DNA of 64,000 bases, from assembly GCA_963693365.1 (NCBI GenBank), contig CAVNZM010000014.1, forward strand, positions 5,890,001 through 5,954,000. The letters are read 5' to 3'. The position numbers and the translations under genes were made by a program. The DNA comes from Amoebidium appalachense. Lineage: Eukaryota; Protista; Ichthyosporea. Below, in pieces: positions 12,206 to 24,394 of the stretch (the first letter of the stretch is position 1; the number at the start of each line of letters is the position of its first letter). The notes beneath the pieces are model-generated. The model saw only the letters and a program-made list of their open reading frames with translations, had not been told where the DNA came from and ran no database searches.

Positions 12206-13963
12206 TCTGCACCTGGCAGAGACGTGGCTTATATACCCGTGGGGCAGCAGTCTGGAATGTAATCCGGATGCCAGGTGCTAATCGGATTGGTTACTTTCAT
12301 TTAGAGATCTCTGGGACCAGTGAACCAATCGTTTGCAGTCAAAACACAATTGGCAACATTCCTCAACTATGCAGATGTGCATGTGGTGATCGAGTGTCAG
12401 CGTGTGTCTGTGTACACGGAACCAATTGTAAAGCTAACATACACATATTGTGGAGTGAGCGTAAGTCTGCACTCCAACACCCCTACCCAATTGGAGAAGT
12501 GTACACACCACTGTAGAGAAGAGAGAGTGAGTGTGGCTGCTTGCAGGGTAGACCGGGGTGTGCATTCCACTGTGGTGCGTGCCCCGCCAATGAAGTGGAA
12601 TACTTGACGTTGATGTCGCAGGCTGCTGCGGATGGAGTTTGTGGAAGCGAAAGTCTCTACTTCACGGAAATACGCTCGCGGGTGTAGGGTACAGCCTAGA
12701 AGTCGGTTTCTGGCTCCTCCGTTCAAGGCGTCGTAGGGGACGTGAAGTTAGAGGCCGCGGTGTCGTGTCTGGGCCCATAACCCTGTTGGAAGTAGAGTCC
12801 GCTGTGACTAGGGTCGTCGTGGCGCGCTTGGGCGCTGACCCGTTTTTTTTTTTTTTTTTTTTTTCGGATTGGTTACTTTCATTTAGAGATCTCTGGGACC
12901 AGTGAACCAATCGTTTGCAGTCAAAACACAATTGGCAACATTCCTCAACTATGCAGATGTGCATGTGGTGATCGAGTGTCAGCGTGTGTCTGTGTACACG
13001 GAACCAATTGTAAAGCTAACATACACATATAGTGGAGTGAGCGTAAGTCTGCACTCCAACAGATGTCTCAGATGTTCTTTGTATATCAGTTTTCTAAAGC
13101 TATGGCAACACCATGAGAAGATGTGTGATATACAGAAACATATCAGCAACCAGAAAAATAAAGAGGAAATGCATAAAAAGGGCAAGATTTCTCGGATCCC
13201 CCCACAAAAATACCTACCTTATATCCTAATTATGAAGGGGGGCCCACTAACACAGGTTCCATATTAATACGCATTAGTAGTCTTGTTAAAATATTCCGTA
13301 GTTTGTAAAGGGAAGGGTTATTCTTAGCCCTCTGCTCCCGGACTTGTTCTTACTTCGATATAGCCCAATCCCAACCCTCCCCCCCCCCCCCCCCCCCCCC
13401 CCGACCACCACCACCACCACCATACCCCCCTATCCCCCCCAACCCCACCTCCATCCCCCCCACCTCCGGCCCTCCCCCCCCCCCCCCCCTTCCAAAAAAA
13501 AAAAAAAAAAAAAAAAAGGAAAAGAAAAAACCCCCTCCCCGTCTGCCCGCCTTCCGGCAGGCAATTTGTCAGTTAGTGATATTTAGTTCGGAAATGCACG
13601 TGGACGCTCTTCGTTTGGGACTCGGGTAGATGATCCCCCCCCCCCCCCCCCCCCCCCCCCCCTATCCCTCTGCCTCCTCCAGCCATAATTTCCATCAGCA
13701 CACGCATGCGCGCATGCACACACACACACACGCACGGACGCACACACACACACGCACACACACACACAGAGAGAGAGAAAGACACACACACACACACACA
13801 CCACTTTCGGCTGTGAGACCGTGCCCCTTTTCCCTTCTCTCTTTCTCCGCCCCCCCCCCCCCCCCCCCCCCCCCCTGGCCCCCGCTCCTCCCCAAACACC
13901 ACTACCATCATCACCACCTCCACCTGGTGCACGCACATATGCACCCTCTACCACCCCCTTCAT

Positions 13964-13998
<35 letters not shown>

Positions 13999-15658
13999 AA
14001 CCAGCCAATTTCATGCCAACCATTTACACCTAACTGAATACCTCACCTACATGTACATGGATACACAAATAGGGATGGAGCGGAATTAGAGGGGAGGGTG
14101 TGGGATTGGGGGGGGGAGGGGGGGAGGAGAATATTTGGCGGGTTTTTTTCCTTTTGCCTGCTTCTGCGTCGGCCGGGGGGGGGGGGGGGGGAGAGGGGGG
14201 AGGGCGGGGGAGGGGGGGGGAGGGGGGTGGGGGGGGGCAACAATACCTCACGTGCACGGAGGAAAAGAATGGACGAAGCAGAGTCGTGGCTGGCTGTTAA
14301 GTGACAAGAGTTATGTAGTCTGAAGTTCTTCCAGGATTTCCTTTTATGGTAAATGATGATGCGTAGATAGCTCCATGTACAAGCACAGCCGATCAGTGGA
14401 CCTGGTCACAGTGTATTGACGTAATGATTGACGTCATCACACAAAATGCGAAATAATGCCGACTGAACCCTTTTTTGGAGCAGTGACTGGCGGAGGGAGG
14501 GGGAGGGGGGGGGGGGGGGGGGGGGGGGATCCTTTCATAGAAAATGTTAAAGCCAATCTGGCCTGTGGATCGTCTCCACGGGAAAGCATTACCGCTAAAA
14601 CTGAAAAACCCAGCAGAGGTAACAAAAACCAGGTATTGTCTATTTTTTTCTGTTTATGAGGTCAGACGGAGTGCACACTGATTTCCAGAAATCCATTTAA
14701 GGTAATATCCTGCTCCCTCTATCCCTCCCGCCCCCTCCCTCCCCCTTTCCCCCCCAAACAGACACACACACCGTGTGATGTACACGCACACACATAATCG
14801 CACACGCATACATCCACCCACCCCATCGCATAACCGCACTAACTCTACACACCTATACACACACCAGAAACGATCAACAACGTCAATGGGATAGGAGGAG
14901 ACGGGGAGTTGGGGGGAGGGGGGAGGGGGGGAGGGGGGGTTCAATGACAGGCTGGGAGAGGGGAGGTGATGGGATGATCTGTTGGCTGTGTGCGGCGGGA
15001 GGGGGAGGAGGAGGGGGGAGGGTTAATTTTATTTTTTAATTTTTATTTTTTCTTTGGGGGGGGGGGGGGGGGGGGGGAAGAAGGGGATGTTGCACACATC
15101 TTACAGCTCCTGTATAGCCCTACCTGTGGGTATAACACAAACATTTGTTTTGAAAATTTTTTAGTATCGCCAATAAAAATGATTCTCAACACCTCCCCCC
15201 CCCCCCCCCCCCCTTCCCACCTGCCTCTTCCCCTCCCCCCCCCCCCCCCCCCCCCCCGTGCCCACCAGTCTGACACCGTCAATTTGAAAACGGGATATGT
15301 ACACCGCAAATAAGTGGTTGGTAATAGGGATGGAGATTCACGTGTGCGTCTTTGTCATTAGGACTCGGAATTGACTCGGTCCCGGGGTTTTGCTACGGAA
15401 GAGACATCGGGGAAGTTGTGATTGTGATGGGATCCCCCCGCCTCCCCCGCCCCCCTCCCCCCCCCCCCCCCCCCCCCCCCCCCTCCCCTCCCTCCCCTCC
15501 CTCCCTCCCCCTCCTCCCCCTCCAGTCATTTCCATTTTCCTTTTCCTTCTCCTTTTTCTTTTTTCTTTTGTTTATTTTCTTTCTTTTCTTTGCTTGCTAT
15601 CCAAATTCTTTCTTGATTTCTTTCTTTCTTTTTTTCTTTCATTCTTCTTTTACACTTT

Positions 15659-15689
<31 letters not shown>

Positions 15690-15885
15690 GGGGGCATGCG
15701 GCATGACGTTGTGTGTGTGCGTGCACTTTTGATTGAGTCACACTGTGTAGATTGTGTGTTTGTGTGTGCATGCACGTGCGGGACAAACACACAACTGTGT
15801 TGTGTATTGTGTTTATGAACGAGATAGACCTCTCTGTCTTGGGCCGGTGTGTTTTAGATTTTTTGTTCTTTACCGCGCGCGCGCG

Positions 15886-16032
<147 letters not shown>

Positions 16033-16697
16033 TAGTATATACGTGAGTGTGAGTGTGTGAGCGCACACACGCGTGTGCGGATGTAAATGTTTGTGCCCGG
16101 CCGGTGGCCAGCACAGTAGTGTGTGTTCGTGGGTGTGTCTGCTTGTGACGCTACGGTGCCATGGCGTGCAATTCGGTGCCATGTTTCTGTATGAAGCAAG
16201 GTTGTTTGCCGGCGGCATTCGACCGTTATATCACCACGTATTCACCTCTCACCATGTTTTCTTGTTGAGGAGTGTCCAGCACTCCTCCCTATCGGTTATT
16301 TATTTTACGTTCAAAACTTTAGTGTGGCACAGGCTCTTGGCCCGCCGGGGCATTACGACAATAAAAATAATAAACTTCGGTGGTGTTAGATGATCTTACG
16401 TTCAGCATACATACATTTCAGTGTAACTCATGCACGTAAAGGGAAAAATGTCTATCTACATGTCAACGTTTCTCAACAATTATCATAGGCCGTAGCGCCT
16501 GCTAGGTGATTGGGCAGCTATGATTAACTGACAACAGCTCACTTTAGAGCCTCCGTTGCATATTGTGCACGTGTGCCGTTCAATACTATCAATGTGGGCA
16601 CATGTGCCGTTCAATACTATCAACTATTCTCTCTCTATATATATTTCGTATTGTGAAACCATCACAAAACTAGACGATATATGCATTTAGTGTTTTT

Positions 16698-17480
16698 CTA
16701 GCAGTCCTTCCACGAGCCACCTGACTTGTACTTCATGCTAATGCCGTATGTCCTGGCCTGGGAGCATGACTTGGCGCCTGCCGAATACTCCATCCCAAAC
16801 ACGGCCTTGTTGCTATCCTTAAACTTCTTGTAGAAACTACACTCGTTAAACCGCGTGCAGCTCTCGTTGATTGCAAAATCAAAAGACGACTCTAATCCCT
16901 TGAGAATTTCAAGTGCGTTCTTTAACCCGATTGCCATTCCTCTGCTGTGCGCAGCGTTAGCCAGCCATAGTGCATACTCATGCTCGCGTGCTTTTAGGGT
17001 ATCCTTCGACACCCCCTTAACACAATCATGCAAAAAGCAATCCATGTTATCGGCCTCCACCGTATCGCAGCCAGCCTTCTGTGCACGGTCCATTCTCTTT
17101 GCCATTGGCCCAGTCAAACTCTTCCACTTGGTCAAATCCAACCAATGCTCCCCGGGGTACTTGGAGTGGCTGCTTACGTAAGGGCGGAACGCAGAGGCGT
17201 CTGAGCGCCACGACTCGACGGTGCCTGCGCTCATGTAGCAGACGACAGTGCTGCCTGCCGCCTTGAGCGACTTGATCTGCCCTGCGCCCTTGTCCATGTC
17301 GACAAGAACGACACGTGGACGAGAACTGCGGTAGTTTCCGTCATGTGTGTTGCCCCATGCGAGGTTGGACCACTGCGCGCCACTGGGAAACTTGGAAATG
17401 CCGCGGCGTGTAGGAACCGCGGCCACCGGGTTTGTGGCGATGGATGCAAGAATGGAGACGACTGCTGTTTGCACCAACAT
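16698..17480 (-). CDS. Secreted glycoside hydrolase family 114 (endo-alpha-1,4-polygalactosaminidase-like), intronless, 260 aa
   Basis: Signal peptide MLVQTAVVSILASIA; motifs VVCYMSAGTVESWRSDA, YPGEHWLDL, RMDRAQKAGCDTVEADNMD, AHSRGMAIGLKNA, FDFAINESC, EC..Y..F...NKAVFGMEY. ATG at 17480 is preferred over the upstream non-ATG start in the track. Confidence 0.88.
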   Translation of the reverse strand: MLVQTAVVSILASIATNPVAAVPTRRGISKFPSGAQWSNLAWGNTHDGNYRSSRPRVVLVDMDKGAGQIKSLKAAGSTVVCYMSAGTVESWRSDASAFRPYVSSHSKYPGEHWLDLTKWKSLTGPMAKRMDRAQKAGCDTVEADNMDCFLHDCVKGVSKDTLKAREHEYALWLANAAHSRGMAIGLKNALEILKGLESSFDFAINESCTRFNECSFYKKFKDSNKAVFGMEYSAGAKSCSQARTYGISMKYKSGGSWKDC

Positions 17481-18525
17481 TTTCTTGTTTGTGAAAGAAA
17501 TAATATCCGGTGTAAAAAGGGTGTGGGGTAACACAGGTCAAAGTTTCAGTTGTTCAAAGGTCTAGATGCCAGGAATAGCAATGTTCTTTCACAAATGGCA
17601 AAATGATTTTGTGCTGGCAGCAGGCGACGGCGCGTGAAGCTCCTATAATAGACGAGTAGACCAAGTCGGAAGTGGTTTGAACTCGAAAGTCACTGTTTTG
17701 CTCAGACAGACAGATGCAACAACACGAGGTTAGCTGTTTGATGTGCAGACCTCCATTTTTATACCCAAATGTAAACAAATTTCTAGCCAATCGCCAACTC
17801 GCACCAATCGAAATTAGCGAAAGATCGAACACCTGATAAATTATCCGTGCGCCGCATACAAATGCTATCATTTTTTGTTATGATTTGATACAATAATTGT
17901 ACTACCAATATATTTTATATTTATATAATAGAAAGAGCAGTTTAACAGAGAATGCATGTGGGGAGAGTAGTTGCAACGGATGTTAGTTACGTTACGTTAC
18001 CCCCCGCGGGCCGCTCTCTGTACAATACATTCCAAAGGATAAAATCGAATAATTTTCGTTCTCCATTGATCTCGAGTCTCGAAATCGCAGCACAGCTACC
18101 ACCATCAATGTTCATATAATAACAAGCAAGCGTCTAAAACATATGACTAAACACGTTTAAATATACATACTCGAATTGTATTACGTTTCTGAGACGATTT
18201 ACTATCCGTAACATGAGGCTAAATAGTCCAGGGGGATTGAGCCTACGAGGGCTAACCCTGGCCTTGGAAGTTTGCGCCGGGGAGAGATCGGAATCGTCAG
18301 ATCTACCAATAGGAAGGAAGGATGGGCCAAAAGCATCGCCAATCACGTCTTCTCTCCCTGGCTTTCTCCAGGGAATTCCTCCCAACGCCCTGACAAGGCC
18401 ACAACTCTGAGAACTGGGAACCGTGGTCCCCAAAACCCTTTTTTCTTTTCACACTTGCCCAATTTTGTTGCCTTGTCTTGCTCCCACTACTTCATTGGCC
18501 TTCCCCCTCCCCCTCCCCCCTCCCC

Positions 18526-18582
<57 letters not shown>

Positions 18583-18896
18583 TCCCCTCCGTCCGCCATC
18601 TCCCCTTTGAGCTCCCCCATTCTTCCTCCCGTCCTCCCCCACTCCCCCTCCTCCCCCCCCCCCCCCCCCCCGCCCCCGGCCCCTGGCCCCAGGGGCGTTC
18701 TCCCTCCCCCCTCTCCCCGGGCCCCCCTCCCTCCCTCCATCCCCCGCCTTCCCTAGGCCTGCCCCCAACATCACATGCGCCTGCGCATGAATGCTATGGT
18801 GTTAGTCCTTACGTCAACGTTTCGAATGAGAGGCCATGAATATGTTTGCACAGACTATGATACGCAGTATTAGTTAGGCGCCCAACCATGCCTCCG

Positions 18897-18927
<31 letters not shown>

Positions 18928-19003
18928 CCCTCCCTCCCCCCCCCCCAAAAAAAAAACAAAAAAAACGCACACGTGACACACACACACACACGCACGCACA
19001 CAC

Positions 19004-19131
<128 letters not shown>

Positions 19132-19481
19132 TTCGGAGGCCGGCCCCGGGCCCTCCTTCCCTCCCCTCTGTCCGTCTCTCCTTTGCCCTACAACCCACAT
19201 ACGTGCACACACGAAACTTTGTCATGCAGAAGGGGTGGCATGTAACCAACTTACGGAGAGGGGGTAAACACCTACTAGTAATCAGTACCGAGGATAATTT
19301 TTGCTTCACCACTATCTCTCATGTTTTTGATTGAAAAGGGGGTTGAGTTTTTATTTTTGGTTGACGCTCGTGTGAGTGCCCGTGTGTGCTTGTGCGTGCA
19401 GGTGTACAGTGTGTGCTGGAGGGGTAACAATTAATGTGTGCGTGTAGGCTTGTGTGTGACTGTGTAGTATTCTGTATGTGC

Positions 19482-19592
<111 letters not shown>

Positions 19593-19820
19593 CGTGCGTG
19601 TGTGCGCGCGTGTGTGCATGTGTGTGTGTGTGTGTGTAAGACATCGTCTGTGCGTGTGCACATGCGTATGTTGTTGCGCCAATGAACGTGTGTGCGTGTA
19701 AATGTCTTTGTGTGTGTTTTGTTGTTGGTGTGCTCAACGGTTTGTGTGTGTGTGTTTGTGGGTGTAGGTGTGCGCGCGCACGTGTGTGTGCGTGCGTGCG
19801 TGCGAGCGTGCGTGCGTGGG

Positions 19821-19888
<68 letters not shown>

Positions 19889-19892
19889 TACG

Positions 19893-19972
<80 letters not shown>

Positions 19973-20589
19973 TCCGTGTGTCCGTGCGTCCGTGCGTGTG
20001 TGTGTTAACGCTTAACTTTGTGTCAGCCTTTTTGTGTGCATGTTTGTGTGTTCAACGGTTTGTGTGCATGTGTGGAGGCACAATTGCCGACCCCCCCCCC
20101 CCCCCCCCCCCCCCCCATCCCCCACCCCCTCACCCCATCTCCCACCCCCACCCGCCCAACCCCCCCACCCCACCTCCCCGCCCACCCCCCCATCCCGCTG
20201 GCGACTTCAAAAGCCCCCAAACCGTATAAGGAAAAAGGCAAGGCAAGAAATGCAACCAGAACCAGCAAGAAAGAAAGAAAGAACTCAAAAACTTTGAAAA
20301 GCATTGCATACACCCACAGGACGACAGCACTAAGAAAACTATAAAAACAAACAAAAAAAAATAATGATGTCATTGTAATTTCGATGCATGATTGGAATTA
20401 ACGGCAAAAATCATCATTCATGTCAGAAGAATCCGTATAAAGTACTTACTCCTCTGTCGTGTTCTTCGGAGCTGGGTAGGTTGGTCAAAACTATCCAAAG
20501 CGGAGGGGAAGGAGGGAGGGGCGGGCAGAAGGAGCCCTGAGGAGGAGAGGAGGGGGGGGGGGGGGGGGTGGGCGCAGGTGTGTGCGTGT

Positions 20590-20620
<31 letters not shown>

Positions 20621-21146
20621 GGGGGGGGGGGGATCTCCTTCTCCTATTTCTTTGTTCTGCGGGTTTGAGGGGCCCGGTAGATTGTGGATGGGGTGGGGGG
20701 AGGGGGGGGGGGGGGTTGTAGGGACCCAAGTGCTGTATGCCTTCGGCATGACATTGTTTTGTTGCACTGATGGTTTTAAAATCAACAATCTCAGTTGTCA
20801 CAGAGTCTTTTCCGCTGTTTATTTCACTCACTTGCATGGGCTACAAAATGTCTTACACACATGTGTGTGCCTGCATTCAAATCGTGTGCTCGAACGATCC
20901 ACGAAACAAATATATAGCTGTGGTAATTGGTTATGGGCAGTGCACCACTGATGGCATCATGGTGAAGTGTACGTGCACTGTGCTCACTTGTATATGTACA
21001 AAAAAATCGATGATTCAGAGAATTACTTCACATACAAGGACGCTTGTTGCCAAGCTTTTCAGGCTGAAATGATGCTATGACTTGAGTAAATTAAAAGTAA
21101 TAGGACATGATGCCCCCCCCCCCCCCCCCCCCCAAGCAAAAAAAAA

Positions 21147-21288
<142 letters not shown>

Positions 21289-21757
21289 TGTGTGTGTGTG
21301 TGTGTGTGTATCTCCCCGCCCCCCTCTCTCTCCCCGCCTCTCTACCCCCCCCCCCCCCCCCCCCCTCCCCTCAAGGCTTCTCCCTCCCTCGTGTGGGTTT
21401 TTTTGGTGCCAACAGTACATAAGTGTCAAACTCGAGGCTTCACGTTGAGGGACAATTAGCTGGTGGCATGTGCCGCACCGGAGTCATTCGTACCTGATTA
21501 GGGAGTATTGATTTTTTTTATTGCTTAAACTTGTTTCAAGACACTGATGTATTTTGGTGAATACCGGCTTGCCAGCTCTACGGACAAACCTTACACAGCC
21601 CCACCGTCTTACACACCTTTCAGAAAAATATTGAAGGTTGTCTAAGAACATACACTCATTATGACTCCAATACTATGAATAGATCCTGGATTCAGCACTG
21701 CCAAGTTTTCGACATCAATTGCAACACCCAGTGTTGCTATAGGTCATAAAATAAACT

Positions 21758-22282
21758 CTAATGCCTAAGAGGAAGTGCAGTCTCCGACTCAGACGGAGCA
21801 GCACCCTTGGATACCCGTGAATACGTGTAGTAGCCCGCAGCAGCAATCAAACCAACGGCCGCGGCACCGCCAACAATAGCACCCACCATGCCCGCATTAC
21901 TCTTTGATGCAACACCTTGCCCACCACCCACAACGCTACCGGAAACTGGAGTTTCACTTGGGGTCTTGGGCGTGATGTTGTCAACAGTGGTGTGAATGAC
22001 GTCGATTTGGGAGGCAGGGGCAGTGGGGCGGTCAGAAGGGGCCACGTCCCAATCGCAGTAGTGATACTCTGTGCTAAAAATAGTGAGAGGAGGGCAAGGA
22101 TAATGGACGGGACCCTGATGGCCGCACACGTAGTAGGAATAGGCGTCTGCTTGGTCGGGGTATGCGTTGTAGCTGCGTGATTCCCAATCCGCGGGGCAGG
22201 TGAAGTTGGATGGAGTGGAAGAAGGGGCCGCTGAGGCGAGGGTAGCACTGAGAGCCAGAGTTGTGAACAACAAAGAGGCCAT
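21758..22282 (-). CDS. Type I membrane protein with a chitin-binding type 2 (CBM14/peritrophin-A-like) domain, 174 aa
   Basis: Signal peptide; FTCP...YPDQADAYSYYVC......YPCPPLTIFSTEYHYCDW; S/T/P-rich stalk; TM helix GMVGAIVGGAAAVGLIAAAGYYTY; short cytoplasmic tail. Confidence 0.8.
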   Translation of the reverse strand: MASLLFTTLALSATLASAAPSSTPSNFTCPADWESRSYNAYPDQADAYSYYVCGHQGPVHYPCPPLTIFSTEYHYCDWDVAPSDRPTAPASQIDVIHTTVDNITPKTPSETPVSGSVVGGGQGVASKSNAGMVGAIVGGAAAVGLIAAAGYYTYSRVSKGAAPSESETALPLRH

Positions 22283-22922
22283 ATTTGATGTTTTTTATTG
22301 GGGGGGCTGTTGTAAAAGATTGCTTGGGTTTAAGTGTGTCTTTTCTGTGTTATTACTGGGTGTTCGACGTGTTATGATTTTTATGGGCTGCTCGAGATAC
22401 GTTTATGGTTCAACCCGCACAGATAGTCGATTATTATTTCTGCACAACACCTATCTATGCTGTGCTTTCTGAATGACCATTGATGGGAGAGGATGATTTT
22501 ATATACCACTGCAGATCTAAGAAATATGCAATGTGTACCAATAGCATTTATATCATTGTAAAAAGCCTCCAGTTGATAGGGCGGATTTACATGTTAGTTC
22601 GATTACATGTACCATTACTTTTCGGCTCCCACAGTGGATCAGGTATGCTGGCTTGCAAGGCGTTGATAGGGATCATCTCTATGTATAACGTCGTTTATAC
22701 ACATGCTATTTTGTATGTATGGCGTATTGAATGTGTATGAAAATTGTCCCGACAGTGAATGGAATAAACGCCCCCCTCCTGTATGTAACGACACAAACAT
22801 GCCTACAATAACTATGCGCCCCCGGCAGATCTATGGCACTCAGATCTGCGTCAAGATGATTGGATAGATTAGCAGCCAATCACATTTGTAATGAAGCAAA
22901 TCTGCAAATCTCAATTATCTCA

Positions 22923-23267
22923 TAGTCTCCACCCGCTGGCTTACGTAAGTGGCCGGGGCGGCCTACGACGCTGCGGCCAGGTCCTTCTGGCTGTAATGAC
23001 GAATCAGATCGCTCATAATGTAATGACTAATCGGAATGCTTAAAAGGTTTAAAGCAAATTTTCAATCTTATGAAGTTAAAAAGCCTGGGCAGGCGGATCA
23101 TGTCTTGTTTTTACAGATAGGCTGGGCTTACGTCATTTTGAACCAATCATCACTCGTACAAAAATAGATCCGATTGCACGCGATCAAACTTTGTCTAGTG
23201 ACTGTCGCCTGCGGCAACATATGTACAAGGTACAAATATCGGCCGCAGGGAGACAGCACTGTGACTA
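22923..23267 (+). mobile_element. MITE-like dispersed repeat, family A, copy 1
   Basis: Inverted homolog of 35310-35672 over ~345 bp; ends TAGTCTC...GTGACTA form short TIRs. Confidence 0.7.
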
Positions 23268-23902
23268 CAAATCTCATTTGATTGGTAGACCGGCTCAGAT
23301 GAGGCCTCGCCAGGAATGTTGTACATGCATGCATATGGTAAGCGGGCCACGGCCCACGCGTGGCCGCGCGTGCCTTTTCCTCGTATATACCGGCGTATGT
23401 CACTTGTGCCCGCCATCTCGAGGCTCAAAGTTTTCAAGCCAGCCGGCCGTGGGACGCCTCCCCCCCCCCCCATCATCCCCTCCCCTAGGCCTCCCCCCCC
23501 CCCCCCCCCCGCCCCCCCCTTTCACCCCCTTCACCTCAATCAGCTCCCCCAGGGGCAGCTGGGGCTTCCCCCTCCGGCAACACGCACAGATCCACACACA
23601 CACATGCACGCACACACACACGCACACACGTGCACGTTTCAATGGTCATGTGTACAGGCACAAACGTCACTGATGCATGCAGGCACACACACTGTGACAA
23701 GCAAGCATGCGCACCGGCACATATGCCATATGGGTCACACGCACACATGCATACATGCACACACACAACCACACATACACACACTCCCTAATACACACAC
23801 GCACACCCAAACACGCAAACCCAAACACGCACACCCAAACACGCACGCACACACGCACACACACACACACACACGCACACACACAGACACACACACACAC
23901 AC

Positions 23903-24019
<117 letters not shown>

Positions 24020-24064
24020 CGTGTCTAACACATCTACGCACATATAACGGCCCAACCAAACCAG

Positions 24065-24394
24065 CAGCTGAGTCAACTTGCTCCGAGCAAAATTATTCTG
24101 CAAAAAGATTGAAAATTTACAAATTTCTGGATTTAGGATTTCTATTTTTTCCCTAATTTTAAGATTTTAGAAAACTGTAAATTGTCAATTGTAATTTTAA
24201 GATTTTGCTTAAAGAAGAATTATTCTGCAAACAGCAAAATTCGTCTGCTAAAAGCGGAATTATTCTGTTGTCGAAACAAGAATAATTCTGCTAAAAGCAG
24301 AGTGCTTCTGCTCAAAGCAGAGTGATTCTGCTTTTAGCCGAATGATTCTGCTTTTTTGCAGAATAATTCTGCTCGGAGCAAGTTGACTTAGCCG
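24065..24394. mobile_element. Foldback/MITE-like element with ~40-bp terminal inverted repeats
   Basis: GCTGAGTCAACTTGCTCCGAGCAAAATTATTCTGCAAAA at the left end is the inverse of TTTTGCAGAATAATTCTGCTCGGAGCAAGTTGACTTAGC at the right end; internal subrepeats resemble GCAGAATNATTCTGC. Confidence 0.75.

Larger units (their letters stand above)
10005..13061 (-). mobile_element. Tandem array of a non-autonomous miniature LTR retrotransposon (TRIM-like): 5 LTRs and 4 internal segments
   Basis: LTRs with TGTTGGA...TCCAACA ends at 10005-10564, 10867-11241 (end deleted), 11256-11686, 11907-12479 and 12784-13061 (internal deletion). The ~300-bp internal region carries PBS GGGTTATGGGCCCAG and PPT TGGGTAGGGG. 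A GATGT 5-bp TSD lies at 10000-10004 and 13062-13066. No pol. Confidence 0.92.
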
